From positions 1 to 57,492 of the forward strand of contig CAZJFL010000010.1 in assembly GCA_964545575.1 (NCBI GenBank): a stretch of 57,492 nt of DNA, given 5' to 3'. This DNA is from an uncultured Planctomycetales bacterium. GTDB lineage: Bacteria > Omnitrophota > Gorgyraeia > Gygaellales > Profunditerraquicolaceae. This document shows positions 55,922-57,492 of this stretch, piece after piece. The position numbers and the translations under genes are program-made. The stretch's first letter is position 1, and every line of letters begins with the position of its first letter. A model generated the notes under the pieces. It saw nothing but the letters and a program-made list of their open reading frames with translations, searched no databases and was not told the DNA's origin.

Positions 55922-56602
55922 TTAAGAATTATATTGCTCTAAAAATGCACTTATGTTTTCTCTTAAAAACTTATAAGTTTTATCTATTTCTTCTTTAATT
56001 TTGTTCACATAGTCGCCTTGCAGTTGCAAAGGAACGAGAAAACGAGCCTGATTCTCTAAAAATATTTTACCCGCATCTTGCAACAAAGATTCCACACGTA
56101 TATTATATTCATTCTGCTCTGTTTGTGTTGCAGGGATAAAAAATCTCATACCAACACCAAGAATAGGTCTACCAAATGGCTTCAGTTTTTTCTCATCTAA
56201 CGCACAAACTTTATTTCCCAAGAAAATCCTTGAATCTTTTTCGTTTAACGGAGAGGCTGTAAAACGTATTGTATATTGTCGATAGAAAAAAAGTGGTATA
56301 TTTAGGATAGTAACGGCTTTTTTTATATCATCACTTGCAATTTTCCAGAAACTGTCCAAAGTAGCTGATGTAGGCTCATTAAATATGATGATTTTGTTAC
56401 TTAGAATGGTCAACTTCTTGATTTCTTGGCTATTTCTGTCTATATGCGACAGCTCTGTAATGTTATCGGCTGGTCTAGTATAGTTAGCGTAAGTATCTTT
56501 AAGTTCCGTAAATAGTTTTTGCGTGCTATCTACAGGATGCTTCATAGGTGGATTCAATAATTCAATGATGAATGACAGGGGCGTAATCGATGACGTATTC
56601 AT
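55922..56602 (-). CDS. Hypothetical protein, TIGR04255-like
   Basis: 226 aa, alternating beta-strand/helix pattern recognised by eye. Confidence 0.5.
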   Translation of the reverse strand: MNTSSITPLSFIIELLNPPMKHPVDSTQKLFTELKDTYANYTRPADNITELSHIDRNSQEIKKLTILSNKIIIFNEPTSATLDSFWKIASDDIKKAVTILNIPLFFYRQYTIRFTASPLNEKDSRIFLGNKVCALDEKKLKPFGRPILGVGMRFFIPATQTEQNEYNIRVESLLQDAGKIFLENQARFLVPLQLQGDYVNKIKEEIDKTYKFLRENISAFLEQYNS

Positions 56603-56840
56603 TTTTGGCCTCGCTTTTTATTAAAGCTATTATACCAACGATGTACCTAATGTGAAGTTAAATCTTTACCCCTGTCAAATAAATAATTGGGGTATTCTAT
56701 TTTCAAAAACCGTCCTTTAAATTACGACTCTAGTACGTAACCGCACCCTCTTTATTACTCTTATTCTACCCCTCTCAATATGCTTGTCAACCAAAAACAC
56801 CCCCAGGAATGCCCCTGGCAAGTTTCGAGCGAATGGGCGG

Positions 56841-56906
56841 TAGCGGGTGGCACGGGGATGCCTCGAGCCAAATTTGACGAGAGGCGCCCCGTGACAGGAC
56901 CCGCTA
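56841..56906. repeat. TAGCGGGT...ACCCGCTA palindromic element
   Basis: Arms match the reverse complement of 27736-27852. Confidence 0.75.
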
Positions 56907-56993
56907 AGCAGTTCAAATCAGGGACAGTCCCCTGGGTTTGGAGTAAACAATAACTGCGGGGACAGTCCCTACTTAAGCGAGTAAATCGGCAGG

Positions 56994-57344
56994 TTATTTT
57001 TCTTTCTCAATATCCAAATGAAATCTATGCAGCAGCCGGTGCAAGAGCGGAGTAAAAATGATGGCGAGGACAGCAAAGAAAATGAGGGTGCCAATGACTG
57101 AATAAATACCGGTAAAAATCTTTCCTGCGGGAGTATTGACAATTCCGACTGTCCCTACCCCAGTCATTATTAATACGCAGTTTAATGCCGCATCCAGCCA
57201 GCTGAATTTTTCTATTATATGGAATGCTACTGCGCCGATACAGACTGTCAATAAAATCAGCACAAGGGAAATGGCGAGGCTGCGCAGCATGCGCAGGTAA
57301 AATGCTTTTTTAGGAAGTAACGGCTGGCGATAATGTTCAAACAT
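56994..57344 (-). CDS. Small two-TM K-channel-like (Ion_trans_2) protein, probably leaderless
   Basis: SWLDAALN..LIMTGVG..T.AGKIF; TATAAT 6 nt before MFEH start. Confidence 0.75.
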   Translation of the reverse strand: MFEHYRQPLLPKKAFYLRMLRSLAISLVLILLTVCIGAVAFHIIEKFSWLDAALNCVLIMTGVGTVGIVNTPAGKIFTGIYSVIGTLIFFAVLAIIFTPLLHRLLHRFHLDIEKEK

Positions 57345-57388
57345 AAGATTATTATACCGCCGGATTAGAAAGTGGGCAAGGGACAAAT

Positions 57389-57423
57389 TAAAAAGCCCTG
57401 CTAATTTAATAACAGGGCTTTTT
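57389..57423 (-). terminator. rRNA operon terminator
   Basis: AAAAGCCCTG...CAGGGCTTTT. Confidence 0.75.
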
Positions 57424-57430
57424 AATTTAG

Positions 57431-57492
57431 AGGAGTACCGACCTACTCTCACATAGCCTTACGACTACACTACCATCGGCCCTGAGGGGCTT
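57431..57492 (-). rRNA. rrf: 5S rRNA, 3' portion
   Basis: AAGCCCCTCAGGGCCGATGGTAGTG...TGTGAGAGTAGGTCG matches the 5S 3' half. Confidence 0.9.

Noticed and set aside
51400-56700. Classical integron
   Set aside because: No integrase and no convincing RYYYAAC...GTTRRRY attC pairs; the GTTAGGG near 54200 lies within a promoter spacer
57345-57452. N-terminal extension of ORF 56994..57452
   Set aside because: Overlaps the 5S rRNA and terminator; the true start is likely 57344

Overview
Bacterial chromosomal window from a diderm organism (TolC, OprB and AsmA-like genes). Gene order and the long L28 suggest PVC/Omnitrophota-like, which is an inference. Nearly all genes are on the minus strand; rpmB is the only clear plus-strand gene. 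From left to right it contains: (1) the tRNA-Thr, rpmG, tRNA-Trp, secE, nusG, rplKAJL, rpoB operon, which lacks tuf; (2) accessory envelope and signalling genes; (3) a YbhFGRS-like efflux operon whose TolC has an XRE helix-turn-helix fused to its signal peptide; (4) two cold-shock genes and a UvrD/PD-(D/E)XK helicase-nuclease; (5) a housekeeping block (recJ, argS, rsfS, truA, asd, leuBDC, fab/plsX, rpmF, coaD, rsmD, recG, dusB); (6) an AT-rich, cassette-like island at about 51.4-57.4 kb ending at a 5S rRNA 3' end. Best leads: a three-gene TIGR04255-like / minimal antitoxin / Cys4-RelE module that resembles a toxin-antitoxin-chaperone system without SecB; the XRE-signal peptide-TolC fusion with adjacent operator-like repeats; a 45-nt double-hairpin repeat with compensatory covariation, found intergenically and as a 3x in-frame array inside rsmD; repeat-delimited gene cassettes; apparent pseudo-enzymes (TIR, exported peroxiredoxin); an ATA start for rsfS; and unannotated small ORFs. 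All family assignments come from motif recognition by eye; no searches were run.
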